Source: Eledone cirrhosa (Eukaryota). From it: a stretch of DNA of 64,000 nt. This document shows positions 31,871 to 45,271 of the stretch, piece by piece (positions within the stretch are counted from its first letter, which is position 1; each line of letters starts with the position of its first letter). The DNA lies in assembly GCA_964016885.1 (NCBI GenBank), contig OZ024743.1:74338001-74402000 (forward strand), in the 5' to 3' direction. The position numbers were made by a program, and so were the translations under genes. A model generated the notes under the pieces. That model had not been told where the DNA came from and did not search any database. It saw only the letters and a list, made by a program, of their open reading frames with translations.

Positions 31871-32637
31871 TTATTCCTCACTCCCTTCAATCTGTAGGAA
31901 ATCATGCGGACCCATTTGTACTCTAGCTTTGTTCTTCTCTTCATCATCAACACTTCGTCCGAATCTCATGAATCTCTTCTGAGATTCAGCTTCATCTGAC
32001 ATCCTACCAAAGCGCATGAAACGTTTTTCCGCGTCAGCATTATTAAAACCCATAAACTTGTTGTCAGGATCACGACCGAATCTCATAAATCGTTTTACTT
32101 CTTCGTCATTTGCACGTCCGAACCTCATAAATCGCTTTCCTTCATCGAATTTATCTTCAAGTTCATTGGGGTTTCTACCAAAACGCATAAATCGTTTGTC
32201 GTCGGATTTTCCAAATCGCATAAATCGCTTGTCAGGTTCCCGACCAAATCTCATGAAACGCTTGTCACTCCATTCATTGATGTAAGGAAGATCTCCAGAT
32301 TTACCAAATTTCATAAACCTCTTGTCAAGTACATTTTCACTAGCATCAGCATTTCTCTTTGTGATTTTAGAGCTGTCATCTTTGTCGTCGACATTTTCAA
32401 CCGAGTTTTGAGGGATGTTGTCAGTTGAACGCTTTCGTCTGTTGTTCACAGCATCAACATTCCGTAAAGCTTCCTTCAGCAACTCATCCAATTGGGGGTC
32501 TGTTCGCCCAAATCGAAGGAACCGTTTATCTGCGAATGGCAAATTTTGACTTTTCTTACCAAATCTCAAAAAAGCATCTCCAGAAAGAACTCTTCCTGGA
32601 CGAAGAAATCGTTTGCTGATTATTCCTTCTTCAGGAC
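31871..32637 (-). CDS. FMRFa: FMRFamide precursor, peptide-encoding last coding exon
   Basis: Encodes 7x KR-FMRF-G(R/K), 1x FLRFG, VLSGDAFLRFG, FMKFG, FLRPG and an RRKR furin site. The acceptor TTTATTTCCAG ends at 32638. Phase 1 matches the upstream exon (A|GT = Ser), giving 909 nt or 302 aa. Confidence 0.96.
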
Positions 32638-32734
32638 CTGGAAATAAATCAAACGACAAATAAATAACTCATATATATATATGTCTCTTGCTTCATTATT
32701 ATGAGAAATAGTAACATTATTATTAATATCATAA

Positions 32735-33147
32735 GGGCAGGAGATTGGCAGTATCGGTAGAGCGTCGAACAACGGCACAGGGTTATAGCCCTTTACGATC
32801 TGAGTTCAATTGCTGCCGAGTTTAGTTTTGCTTTTCATCCATACAGGGTGGGTAAAGTACCAGTAATGCACTGGGGTCAATTTAATCAATTTTCTCCTCC
32901 CTCCAAATTACTGACCCTATGTTTAATGTAGAAGCCATTATTATTAGTATCAGAAGGGCGGTGAATTGGCAGTATCGGTAGAGAGTCGGACGCCATGCTT
33001 TACAGCATAGAGTTTGCCCTTTACGGTCTGAGTTCAAATCCCGCCGAGGTTAACTTTGCCTTTCATCCTTATGGGGTCGATAAAATAAAGTACCAGTAAT
33101 ACACTGGGATAATTGCTGGCCTTGTGCCAAAAGTAGAAACAATTATT
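32735..33147 (+). mobile_element. Two tandem tRNA-derived SINEs in the FMRFamide intron
   Basis: Same A/B box and body as the other SINE copies. The second copy at 32957-33147 is near full length. Confidence 0.88.
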
Positions 33148-33442
33148 TTATTCACGCTCGTCTTGTACGTTTTCCCTATTCATTATCTTTTATAAATACA
33201 TTTATTATAATTAAATGAATAAACATTGTCTCTGATTGAGAGGAAGCGAAAGTATATTTCAATAGATAGAAAACTGAAACAACTCAACGTTAGAATATCC
33301 ATTAAAACAGCCAAATATTGTCAAAGATAGCAATGGACAAAAATGCCTCAGAGGACAGAAACCAGCGAGATTGGCAGTATTTGGTTGATTTAACAGTTGT
33401 TGTAGCGATGAGGTTTCTCATTTTTATATGTATTTATTATAA

Positions 33443-33622
33443 ATGTTTCTACTTTTGACACAAGGCCAGGAATTATCCCAGTGTATTACTGGTACTTTAT
33501 TTTATCGACCCCCGTAAGGACGAAAGGCAAAGTTAACCTCGGCGGGATTTGAACGCAATCCGTAAAGGAAGGTAACTGTGCTGCAAAGCATGGCGTCCAA
33601 CCCTCTACCGATACTGCCAATC
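33443..33622 (-). mobile_element. tRNA-derived SINE
   Basis: Approximate reverse complement of 32957-33147. Confidence 0.88.
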
Positions 33623-33674
33623 CATAATGTTTATAGTTTATTCCTGAGTATTTTACCGAGGTTGATAAGTATAA

Positions 33675-33746
<72 letters not shown>

Positions 33747-33856
33747 TGAGTATAATAGTTTAGCTGAGTTGATAACACAACCATATAAAGGGTATATTGA
33801 TTTAAAGCTTATTTAAAATCAATTAATTTAATGTAAATTAATCCCGCTTATTTTTG

Positions 33857-33943
<87 letters not shown>

Positions 33944-35494
33944 TGTGTGTGTATTTTAATATTATGCCGATGTATAGATGAGGGAGTACTATGATGAAGG
34001 TACAAGACCTCCCAGAGGGAAGCTCGTCCATTCAATCACTTTCATTGTATAAATTATCTCATGTTTAGCTCCCACTGGAGTCTTAGGGGCGCCTTCGTAA
34101 GGCATGCTGTCTCTTGGCAATTTTAGACATTGTGGGTCCCTTCTCATTACAGGTTTGACTACAGACGATTTCTTCTACAGAGAGAGAGACAGAGAGAAAG
34201 AGAGAGACAGAGAGAGAGAGATAGATAGAGAGAGAGAGAGAGAGAGATTGAGAGAGAGAGATGATAATAGATCTCAGGACTGGTACATTACTTTATCAAC
34301 TCGAAAAGGATGAAAGACAAAGTCGGTCCTGGTGATATTTAAACTAAGGGAGCCGAAAGCCTGAATGTCGCACAGCATCAATCTGGAACCCTAACCACTC
34401 TAGTAAATTTTATGTGTGTGTGTGTGTGTGTGTGTGTGCGAATGTGCGGGTGCTTGTGTATAAGTTGTGCCACATATAAGACAGAAACTGAACTGGGTGT
34501 GTCTTTTATAGAATGCTGTTACTAGTCTTATGTAAAGTATTCGGAAACGTTGCCCGCCACGACTATTTCAACAAACTGATTTAATCACTTCACAATGGAA
34601 AAACCTCATAGCATGGCGAACTTTATCCTGCATGCAATGTTAAGAGAGCTTTTCAGCAAGGATGTGAAATCACATCGACCCCATGTTCAATGTAAATGAA
34701 AGCTTTGAAATACAATTCAGCATAAATATTCAGAGTATGGACAATTTTTCATACTTTGATGACTTAAATTGAAAAACCATAAATCTACGACAGTGATCAG
34801 CGAGCTGTTATATGCCGATTACAAAGGCTGTTTCATAATTAACTGATTGGAGCCAGGAACCATCTCTGATATATAAACTGGGCCCGACCTCTTATATCAG
34901 ATTTGCTTTCATGTTCAAAATACGTCTTAGTAAAAGCCTTGCCAATGAATTTGAATAGACGGAAATTGTTGAAAAATTCGCCAGATGGACAGTAATTCAA
35001 AGGACCAGCTTTGTCATAAATCGTGTCAAGGTGAATCTTACTGAGAATTACGTTAACAATATCCGTCTCTGGAATACTTAGTCACATTGTTAATTTCATG
35101 AGCAGATGGTTCCGTGAATCGAGCAAATGCAACACTTATCGTCAGAACCGACGAAGATCCCTTCCATATTCTTCGTAAAATGGCTGATACAGAGTAATTT
35201 ATTCTATTCTTTGCTCATCTTCTAGAAAGCTATCACCTTCAAGTAGACATCTCTAGACAATGAACACGAACCGCACAGTATATAAATAATTCAAATGATA
35301 TTAAGTGCATTTAATCAGCCTTTTAAAGAAAATATGTATATATGTATGGTCACGTAACTTCTGGTGGAGTTGTAATGGTGCTGTAATGACATAAGGCATT
35401 TCTTGAGTATTTCAAACCTGGTGGAGTCCATCTCCTCTTTAGGTCTGAACACAGACGATTTCTTCCAGAGGAGTGTGTGTATTTGATACACACA

Positions 35495-35568
<74 letters not shown>

Positions 35569-35569
35569 A

Positions 35570-35688
<119 letters not shown>

Positions 35689-35798
35689 CAAATACACACT
35701 CTCCTCTGGAAGAAATCGTCTGTGTCGCAGTCCGAGCTGGAGATCCGCTAATAAGGTTAAACTATTGTTCTCGAAATGGTGAATTAACTGTTGCGTTT

Positions 35799-35925
<127 letters not shown>

Positions 35926-36169
35926 TTATTTATTAAAATAACAGATTAAAGTTTAAGCAAAGAATCGCTGCTTTCACCCTTAACGGGATCTTCTGAAAAA
36001 AAAAATATTTGCTCTACGGTTCTTATGTATCTGATATATATTTATCATTATTGAGCCCTCTTTGGATTTTAGTCTTCAAATATATTATTATTACTATATA
36101 TATATATATATTTAATATAGAGAAGGCTTCTACAGGACTAGAACTGTTTCATTCGGGAGAAATCATCAG

Positions 36170-36220
36170 GGCTTCCTGATGATTTCTCCCGAATGAAACA
36201 GTTCTAGTCCTGTAGAAGCC
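36170..36220 (+). ncRNA. Type I hammerhead ribozyme (family A)
   Basis: ggcttc-CTGATGA-tttctcccgaat-GAA-ACAG(ttctagtc)CTGT-A-gaagcc. Diverged copies lie at about 21272-21320 (+), 23210-23256 (-), 45003-45050 (+) and 56960-57007 (+). Confidence 0.82.
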
Positions 36221-36772
36221 TTTTCTATATTAAATATTTATACTCTGCTTTGTATTGAGTACCTTACTTACTATGGTTACCCCCGATTGAACCCGGGATA
36301 AACTTATATATATATATATATAAGCAGGGTTAAATTACATTAAATTATTTAATTGATTTACGAACGCTTAAATTAATACAACAGGAATATTCATTTCTGG
36401 TGTATTGATCTCTTGAGAATCTATTAAATAACAAATATTTACCCAATACATGTCCGAATATCTCAATTTCGAAAACGTAAACCAATTATTTTTGCCTCTG
36501 TACAGTTTTGTTATCAACTCATCTAAACTAATTTATATATATATATATATATATAGACGCTTGGAAAATATCAATTCTAAAATGTGTGCCCCAAAGCAAA
36601 TGACCATAATAATAATAGTTGATCACTATAAATTTAAATTATAGTTGAGTGAAATGAGTAAAGTATTTCAGATGACGGAAAATCTAGTCTGAGTCTCCAC
36701 GGTTAATTTATTCGATTTTTTCAACTATTTTTATAATGATCAACTATTAACACACATACACACACATATATT

Positions 36773-36819
<47 letters not shown>

Positions 36820-36934
36820 AATATATAGGAAAAAGTATGACCCCGACGGCAGAGCTCAAGCTGTTTTGACGGCTATTTCTATGTGCGCTATGGTCCATCT
36901 GGTTCCTTACCACAATTCCTTCGTTATATATATA

Positions 36935-37120
36935 TTAAAATAACAGATTAAAGTTTAAGCAAAGAATCGCTGCTTTCACCCTTAACGGTGAAAGCACCGA
37001 TTCTTTGCTTAAACTTTAATCTGTTATTTTAAATAAATATTTACTCTAGGATTCTTATATATTTGATATATATTTATCGAGCGCGCTTTGGATTTTAGTC
37101 TTCACATTTGTTATTACTAC

Positions 37121-37123
<3 letters not shown>
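36935..37123. mobile_element. Short TA-flanked fold-back pLTR-like element (family B)
   Basis: Arms 36935-36980 and 36987-37032 are inverted. Contains GAAAGCA...TGCTT. Other pieces lie at 14088-14150, 35935-36095, 39690-39815, 40385-40478, 44750-44870 and 45111-45195. Confidence 0.75.
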
Positions 37124-37178
<55 letters not shown>

Positions 37179-37347
37179 TACAGAGAGTTATATATATATA
37201 TATATACTACAGAGAGTTAGGGCGGAAGGGAGTAAAATCTATTTGTACTCTCTGTATTAGGTCTACCTTTAAAACGTCTGACTGCTTCTAACAACATAGC
37301 ATAAATAAATATACTAAATATATTGCAAGGTGGAAAAAGATACTTAC

Positions 37348-37489
37348 TTAATGCTGAAAGTGAGATTCCCTCGCACATACTTGGCGATTCTATACATGCC
37401 TGGGCTAGATTCATAGCTGTGGCAGCATATAGCGAGAGACAATAGATGAAAATAAAAGTTAACAAGCTGAACGGAGTTAAACCGCACAT
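37348..37489 (-). CDS. FMRFa: FMRFamide precursor, first coding exon (signal peptide)
   Basis: Translates MCGLTPFSLLTFIFIYCLSLYAATAMNLAQACIESPSMCEGISLSAL. This is a hydrophobic signal peptide followed by LAQAC.ES, as I recall from cephalopod FMRFamide precursors. A GTAAGT donor starts at 37347 (phase 1). A polypyrimidine/CAG acceptor lies just upstream, so the exon starts at 37506 and an upstream non-coding exon is implied. Confidence 0.88.
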
Positions 37490-38129
37490 TGTGGAATGCT
37501 GTTAATCTGGAAAAGACAAGAAAAAGAACAAAAATATAATTTAATTACGAATTAAACAATATTACAAATATTGGGACAAAATTATAAATACGTGAGAACT
37601 GCAACTTACTGAAAATACATATATGTATATATATACATATATATATAAACGGAAAAAATGAAACGAATTTCATTTGTCAGTGTTGAACAAAAGGGCAACG
37701 ATGGTTGCTAAACACTGTGCGGCTAATCCGGGATGTTTGTTTACAAACACACCGAGCATTATAATAAATGTTCGGTAAATCCATACGTACATATAAATAT
37801 GTGTGCATGTATGTATATATATACATACTACTGTACGTCTGTATACATATAGGTATATATATATATAGATAGATATATAGATATATAGATATATAGATAT
37901 ATATATATATATGGACATACACACATTACCATAAAATTTAATTATGAATTAAACAATATTACAAATATTGGGATTAAATTATAGATACGTGAGAACTGCA
38001 ACTTACTGGAAATATATAACTATCAGATTATCAATTAACCCGTCACTTACGATATTGCAAATAAGTTTTAAAATCATCAAAAATTTGGAGTGATTTAGTA
38101 AAGTAACCACAGTTCTCATTATTGAAGAG

Positions 38130-38705
38130 CGTTAGGACACCCTGCTTTGTGGCATAGAGTTATGGCTCTTTACGTTCTGAGTCCAAATCCAGCCGAGGTT
38201 AGCTTTATCTTCCATCCTTACGGGGTCGATAAAATATAAAGTACCAGTCACGCACTGAGGTTGATTTAATTGAGTTTTCCCTCCCCCATATTGCTGGCCT
38301 GGTAGATATCATTATTAAACTGGTCGATTGGCAGTATTGGTAGAGTCGGACACCATGCTTTGCAGCATAGATTTACGGCCCTTTACGGCCTGAGCTCAAA
38401 TCCCGCCGAGGTTAACTTTGCCTTTCATCCTTACGGGGGTCAATAAAATAAAATACTAGTTTCGTATTGGGGTCGATTTAATCGACTTTCCCCTCCCCTA
38501 AAATTGCTGGCCTTGTGCCTATATAAGAAACCATTATTAAACCGGTGTTTTTGCAGCATAGATTTGCGTCCCTTTACGTTCTGAGTTCAAATACCGCCGA
38601 GGTTAGCTTTGTCTTTCATCCTTACAGGGTCGATAAAATAAAGTACCAGTAACGTACTGGAGTCGATTTAATTGACTTTCCCTTTCCCCATAAATCAGAA
38701 ACCAA
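38130..38705 (+). mobile_element. Three tandem SINE copies
   Basis: Same family body repeated three times. Confidence 0.85.
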
Positions 38706-39637
38706 TATTAAACTGGTCTTTGAAGTATAACTTAAGAAAGGTTCTTATATACAAATAAGGTGAAGATAAATATATACACTTTGCTCTATTTGTTACCATA
38801 TTTCTAATGAAAGACTGCCTTCATTTTCAAGTAATTTGGAAAATAATCAAGAATTTAGAAGGGTTTAGTATAGTGTTAGGAATGTAACCCAACACCATTT
38901 CTTACATAAAATAGTAATGCAATGGTTTAAATAAACACTTTAAAACGAATAGCATTGTGTCTTGAATCTGGGGTGGTTTCAGAAGGGTTTGTACCGAAAC
39001 GGTTACGTATTTGATATTTTGTATGTTGCCATAAAATAAGTTTGAAAATCATCAAGAATTATGTTTGTATATACATATTCTCCGCCTGAAATTAATTTGC
39101 AAGTGGCTGAATTGTCCACACGAATGTCCACACAAATGTTCATACATTTGTCTATACAATTGTCCTCACAAATTGGCCCTCTTAATGTAGTTATCAGGGA
39201 GATTCAGCTTGCATCCATTTCCTTGCCAACTGAGGGGACAAGAGCAACGTGAAATTAAGTGTCTTACCCAAGGGCAAACGTATACACAAGCACATAAACA
39301 CATATATACTCTAGTAGCAGATTACGGAGTGTTGTCAGGGAACCACAATATCTAAAAGACCACAAATTAGTAGTTTACTTTAATTTCAGACTATTGCCAT
39401 ATCTGAGAGGAGTTGTAACTGTGTATAATAAAGCCTTTACAATATGTTTATATACAATAAAAAGCGCTATCTTAGTACTATTACCAATTAATTGTAAAAA
39501 CATTAAATTCTGTTTCACGAAAGGGCACAGATGAAATTTTACGCCAGCGGCCTATATATATATAGTTGTGTATAATGGTAGCTAAGGTACAATAAAATGA
39601 TTTGAACATAGCTTTGATTATTGTGTAATATATATAT

Positions 39638-39688
<51 letters not shown>

Positions 39689-39811
39689 GTAATAATAATG
39701 AATTTGAAGCCTAAAATCCAAAGAGGGCTCGATAAGGATAAATATATATCAAATATATAAGTACCGTAGAGCAAATATTTATTAAAATAACAGATTTAAT
39801 CTGTTATTTTA

Positions 39812-39877
<66 letters not shown>

Positions 39878-40070
39878 CACAATAATCAAAGCTATGTTCA
39901 AATCATTTTATTACTGACAATCGTTTCTTACAAACTTTCGTTTGGAATCCTCGGAGCACTACCAATGTTTGTATATATAATTCTTACTGGTAATAAGGTA
40001 GTAATGGATTACTGACCTTTCCTGTTTATAGTTGCATGTATGTATGTATGTATGTATGTATGTATGCATG

Positions 40071-40124
<54 letters not shown>

Positions 40125-40662
40125 AGGCGCATGACTTAGTGGTTAGAGCATTGGGCTTGCAATCGAAAGGTTGTGAGTTCAATTCTCGGACCGGGTGATG
40201 TGTTGTTTCCTTGAGCAAGACACTTTATTTAACGTTGCTCCAGTTTACTCGGCTGTAGAAATGAGTACCGGCCAGCCCGCCCATTTTATGGCTAAAACAG
40301 CATGACGTGCTGTGACCAGCGGCGCCGATTGGCGCCCGATAGACTGGTCGGTGAAGGTGATCAAGGTGATATATATATATATATTGTAATAATAATATAT
40401 GTGAAGACTAAAATTCAGAAGATCCCGTTAATGGTGAAAGCAGCGATTCTTTGCTTAAACTTTAATCTGTTATTTTAATATATATATATATAGGATAAAG
40501 AGTCAGGACCCCGACGACTGAGCTCCGGCCGTTTCGACAGCTAGTTCTGAACTAGCTCAGCCGTCGGGTCCCGACTCTTTTCCTATTACCCACTCTACTA
40601 CCCATAGTATTGAGTACTCTGGTGCGTTATGGTCCACCTTGTTCCTTACCACACTTCCTTTG

Positions 40663-40739
<77 letters not shown>

Positions 40740-40803
40740 TGTCTGTATGTAATATATAATATGTGTCTGTGTATATATATAGATGTGTGTATATGGATAT
40801 ATG

Positions 40804-40883
<80 letters not shown>

Positions 40884-41519
40884 CATACATATGGATATAT
40901 ATGTGTGTGTGTATACACATATATATAATGACTGATTACCACTTAGACATTTAATAACTAGTTGTGTGTACCAATGATAATAGGTAACATATATATATTG
41001 ATATGTTCCTATATATCATCCGTGAATATTAGCTTCCTTCCTTCTTAATGATATTGAAAAAACGTTATTGCTACGTGCTGGGATACTGTCCAAAATAGAG
41101 GTCGCTGCTAACCAATAACGGTTTGTCTCTAATTATCAGTGCTGCCATGTCCCTTCCGTTGGGTGTTCGACTTTCGATCGTAATCTAGTGGGTTGGTCTC
41201 TTGAACAGGTTGTTACATTGTGTTCTATAGCAAATTATTTTTGTTCTTGTAAATAGTGGGAGGGGGCTCTACTACTATTTATGTTGGGGGGTCAAGATAG
41301 GAGCGTCCACGCCGTGGCCCTGGGCGTATTGAGAAGATACTGCTAATCCTATCACCACCATTTGGACACGATAACAACCAGAATCTGAAGAGATGTGTAA
41401 GATGTTTCTAAGATGGAGAAAACCAAACGAGTATCAACGTCCATCTAGAGATACCTTGTTATCTAACGACAGCAACAGTTGACTGATACAATGACAAGTC
41501 GGTCAATCATATTGGTGAT

Positions 41520-41780
41520 CTCCCAGAGCCCCGGCGGACAGAATGGAGGACGGCAAGGGAGACACGCTGGAAAAGCCATTCCAACTCGCGAGGCTCACAC
41601 CTGCGGCTGGCCAGCTCAGCGCCTATGGTGGTGAGTAGGGAGCTAGCCCTAGGGCCGAGGACACCAGAAGTCTCCACAGCCAAGGGTAAGACCCCAAACC
41701 TGTCGGAGAGTGACCGGTATTTGGTAACATCAATGAAACCAGGATAAACACCGGCCTTATGAGTCTCATCACCTAGAACA
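41520..41780 (-). mobile_element. CRE-like RLE LINE 3' fragment
   Basis: Minus strand reads LPLAVETSGVLGPRA...WLFQRVSLAVL. A related fragment lies at about 30565-30700 (-). Confidence 0.6.
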
Positions 41781-41811
41781 TACTTTTTTTAATATTTCTA
41801 TGGTAATATTG

Positions 41812-41980
41812 ATAGAGGGCCGGACGCCATGCTTTGGAGCATAGAGTTACGGCCCTTTACGATCTAAGTTCAAATCCCGCCGAGGTTAACTTTGCCTTTC
41901 ATCCTTACGGGGGCAATAAAATAAAGTACCAGTAATGTACTGGGTAATTGCTGACCTTGTGCCAAAAGTAGAAATAATAT
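41812..41980 (+). mobile_element. SINE (same family)
   Basis: B-box and body conserved. Additional copies or fragments lie at about 1055-1180 (-), 19835-19955 (+), 24611-24706 (-), 45625-45830 (-) and 58140-58300 (+). Confidence 0.82.
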
Positions 41981-42199
41981 TATAGAGATCACTGTACATA
42001 CATACACATACACACATACACGCACACATACATACATGCGTACATACACACAAACACATACATGCACACACACATACATATACATGCATACATATATACA
42101 TTCATACATACAAACATATACAAACATACATACATAACAAGGATTGAGTAACCCTGGAATATAACATCCCAATAAGAAACACATATGGTCGTCGAAACT

Positions 42200-43380
42200 C
42201 TGCCCACAACAACTCAGTAGCCTACAATGTGTTTGGTCTATTTGACTAGACGTCAGATGAGATCGGAGCTTTGATGCTAAAACCCGAAAAGTTCTAACGT
42301 TACCGGAGATTCCCTCACCAACGGTGACATTGGCAGCCTCTATCTGAAACGAGGGAGGCAAAGGCATAACAGCAGTTCCAACAGCATTTGAACGTCACAT
42401 CATATCCCTCCCGACAGCATCTACGAATCACAAAACGTAGAAGCCCATCTATAAAACATGTTTGTCTATGTGAGGTAAATAACATCACAAGAGTTAAGGA
42501 GCTACTTGAGAAATATTCCCTGCATGATACTCAACATCTCACACCCAGGAAAATTACACAGCAACATTGCAACAAATCCGTAGATGAAAAGCTGCATGCT
42601 TAGCAAAAACTCTCGCATGGTTATGTTGCTGGAAAGCTTCAAAGTGAGAATAATATAGATAAGTATATAATTGTTATTAAAGCAACAGCCAGTATACTGG
42701 CTCTTACTTTGATGGAGATGCTTTTGTGATCCAAGAATAGTAAATCAATACAAAATACCTGATTCACAAAATAGATAGGGATGCAGGCAAACACCTAGAT
42801 GTGACAAGAACTGCAAACTCAGTGGAATAAACATGGAAGATGTCACCCATTTCATAAGCAGCTGTCTAAAGATGTCATCACGGTACTATCTACCTATGAA
42901 GCATGATGTAGTGGCCAAAACAATATACAACACAATCCGTAGAAAGTTACAGCAATATGGAAGATATATACATATACATAATATATCAGAGTACTGGTGG
43001 AATGTTCCAGTAAAAAACCCAATAAAATGCAAGCATAACAGACCAAATATAGTGATATAGGACAGAGAAAAGAAGGCATGCACAGTAGTGGAAGTTAGCT
43101 GCCTAGCAGATGCCAATGTAATGTTAAAGATTAGTGAAAAGGAGGTCATTTATGCTGAACTAATGAGGAATCTGCAGATATTCCACCCTGACTGTACCTT
43201 TATATTTATACCTGTGATTATTAGGGCTCTGGAATTCGTTACTAACGTCCTCAGTACAAATCTTGAAAAGCTGAGCTTCCCATAACCAGAAAGGACGGAA
43301 CTAGTTAGGAAGTTGCAAATACAGTCCATTAATGGAACTGTAAAACATGTAAAACATTACAGAAATTCAGTATGTAATAA
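42200..43380 (+). mobile_element. Old RLE-type (R4-like) LINE 3' remnant
   Basis: EDVTHFISSC..KHDVVAK, WWNVPV..KHNRPNIVI and EVSC, with many stops. Confidence 0.7.
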
Positions 43381-44441
43381 CTGCATATATATATATATAT
43401 AGTTACAGAAACATATGCACGAGTACATATATAACTGAAAACATACACATCTACGCATGCAATAACACTCATACTTGCACACACATACATACGTATTCAT
43501 CTAGTTGATCTCTAAATTCCAATGAAACCGACTGTCTCTCTATTGGTGAAAATTTGTAGAATAATAAAACCAGAAGATATATACACACACACTCACACAC
43601 ACTACATACATACACACTACATACATACTATATTCATTCATAGATACAAACACATTTACATACTTACACATATTCATAGTACATACATGCATAGATGCAT
43701 ACGTGTGTACACGCATGCATACACACATAAATACATACATGTATGCTGCATACATATAAACACATTCATATGTACATACGTTCACACACACATATGTATA
43801 TATGAGTGTGTATATGTGTGAATGTGTGTGAGTGTGTGTGTGTATGTGTGTGAGTGTGTGTGAGTCTGTGTGAGCGCCTGACGGTGTGGTTTGTGAAATA
43901 TATATTGAAATTACTAAATTGATTCAAATATATATTTCAGAGATTGTTAATACTATATTTAATTGAAATATTTGATCTTTATACTAATATTCCTTTCAAC
44001 TTCTCATTGGATGCTCTTTCAATATCTTGATACTTATCAAATATATCGATTATGTTTTTATCAAATCCTTTGGCTTAGCGAAGTTGTATATAAATTACTA
44101 GATATTAGATGTATTCTGTATGATATTCTCCTTATATAGAAGTCTCAAGACGCCATGACAGTTAAACCTAATTCCGGGTGTTTTATGTTTCGTTACCGAG
44201 ATATAACATAGATTCTTGCTTAACCAATGATATGTCCATTTATATATTTTAGTTTGAGAATTTATATATATACACATATATACACGCATACTCGTGCGTA
44301 CATGCACGCACATTCACATGGACACACACACACGCACAAATATGCATATACACACATACTAGTATATATAGATCGATATAGATAATAATGTTGTGGTGTA
44401 GTTTTATATGTATACAAATGCCTAACAAACATGTAACTTAG

Positions 44442-44477
<36 letters not shown>

Positions 44478-44870
44478 CGTGTATGTGTGTATGTATATAT
44501 GTGTATGTATATATATATATTTATGTGTGTGTGTGTGTATATACATATATGTGTGTGTGCGTGTGTGTGCATATATATATATATGTGTGTGTGTGTATGT
44601 ATATTTTATTATCGTAGTTGTAGGATAGTTCAGAAATCGTATCCTATATCTACATTCCTTTAGGGTGGAGTAAAAAGTTGAATAATGGTCTTACTTATCT
44701 TAACTGGCAGCATCTCTTCTATCTCCCTCATTCTCTCAGTATATATATAGTAATAATACATTTGAAGACTAAAATCCAAAGAGGGCTCGATAAGGATAAA
44801 TATATATCAAATATATAAGAACCGTAGAGCAAATATTTATTAAATAACAGATTAATCTGTTATTTAATAA

Positions 44871-44901
<31 letters not shown>

Positions 44902-44931
44902 CGCGCGCGCGAGCGCATGTGTGCGCGTGTG

Positions 44932-44980
<49 letters not shown>

Positions 44981-45049
44981 ATCCCAGGTTCAATTGGGAA
45001 CAACCTGATGATTTCCTTTGAATGAAGCAGTTCTAGTCCTGTAGAAGCC

Positions 45050-45111
<62 letters not shown>

Positions 45112-45189
45112 TAAAATAACAGATTAAAGTTTAAGCAAAGAATCGCTGCTTTCACCCTTAACGGGATCTTCTGAAACTTTAATCTGTTA

Positions 45190-45271
<82 letters not shown>

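Noticed and set aside
32638-32659. TTG start of the 262-aa ORF
   Set aside because: This is the intronic polypyrimidine tract. The real start is the ATG at 37489.
32957-33050. tRNA gene
   Set aside because: The A/B boxes belong to the SINE head and I could not fold a full cloverleaf.
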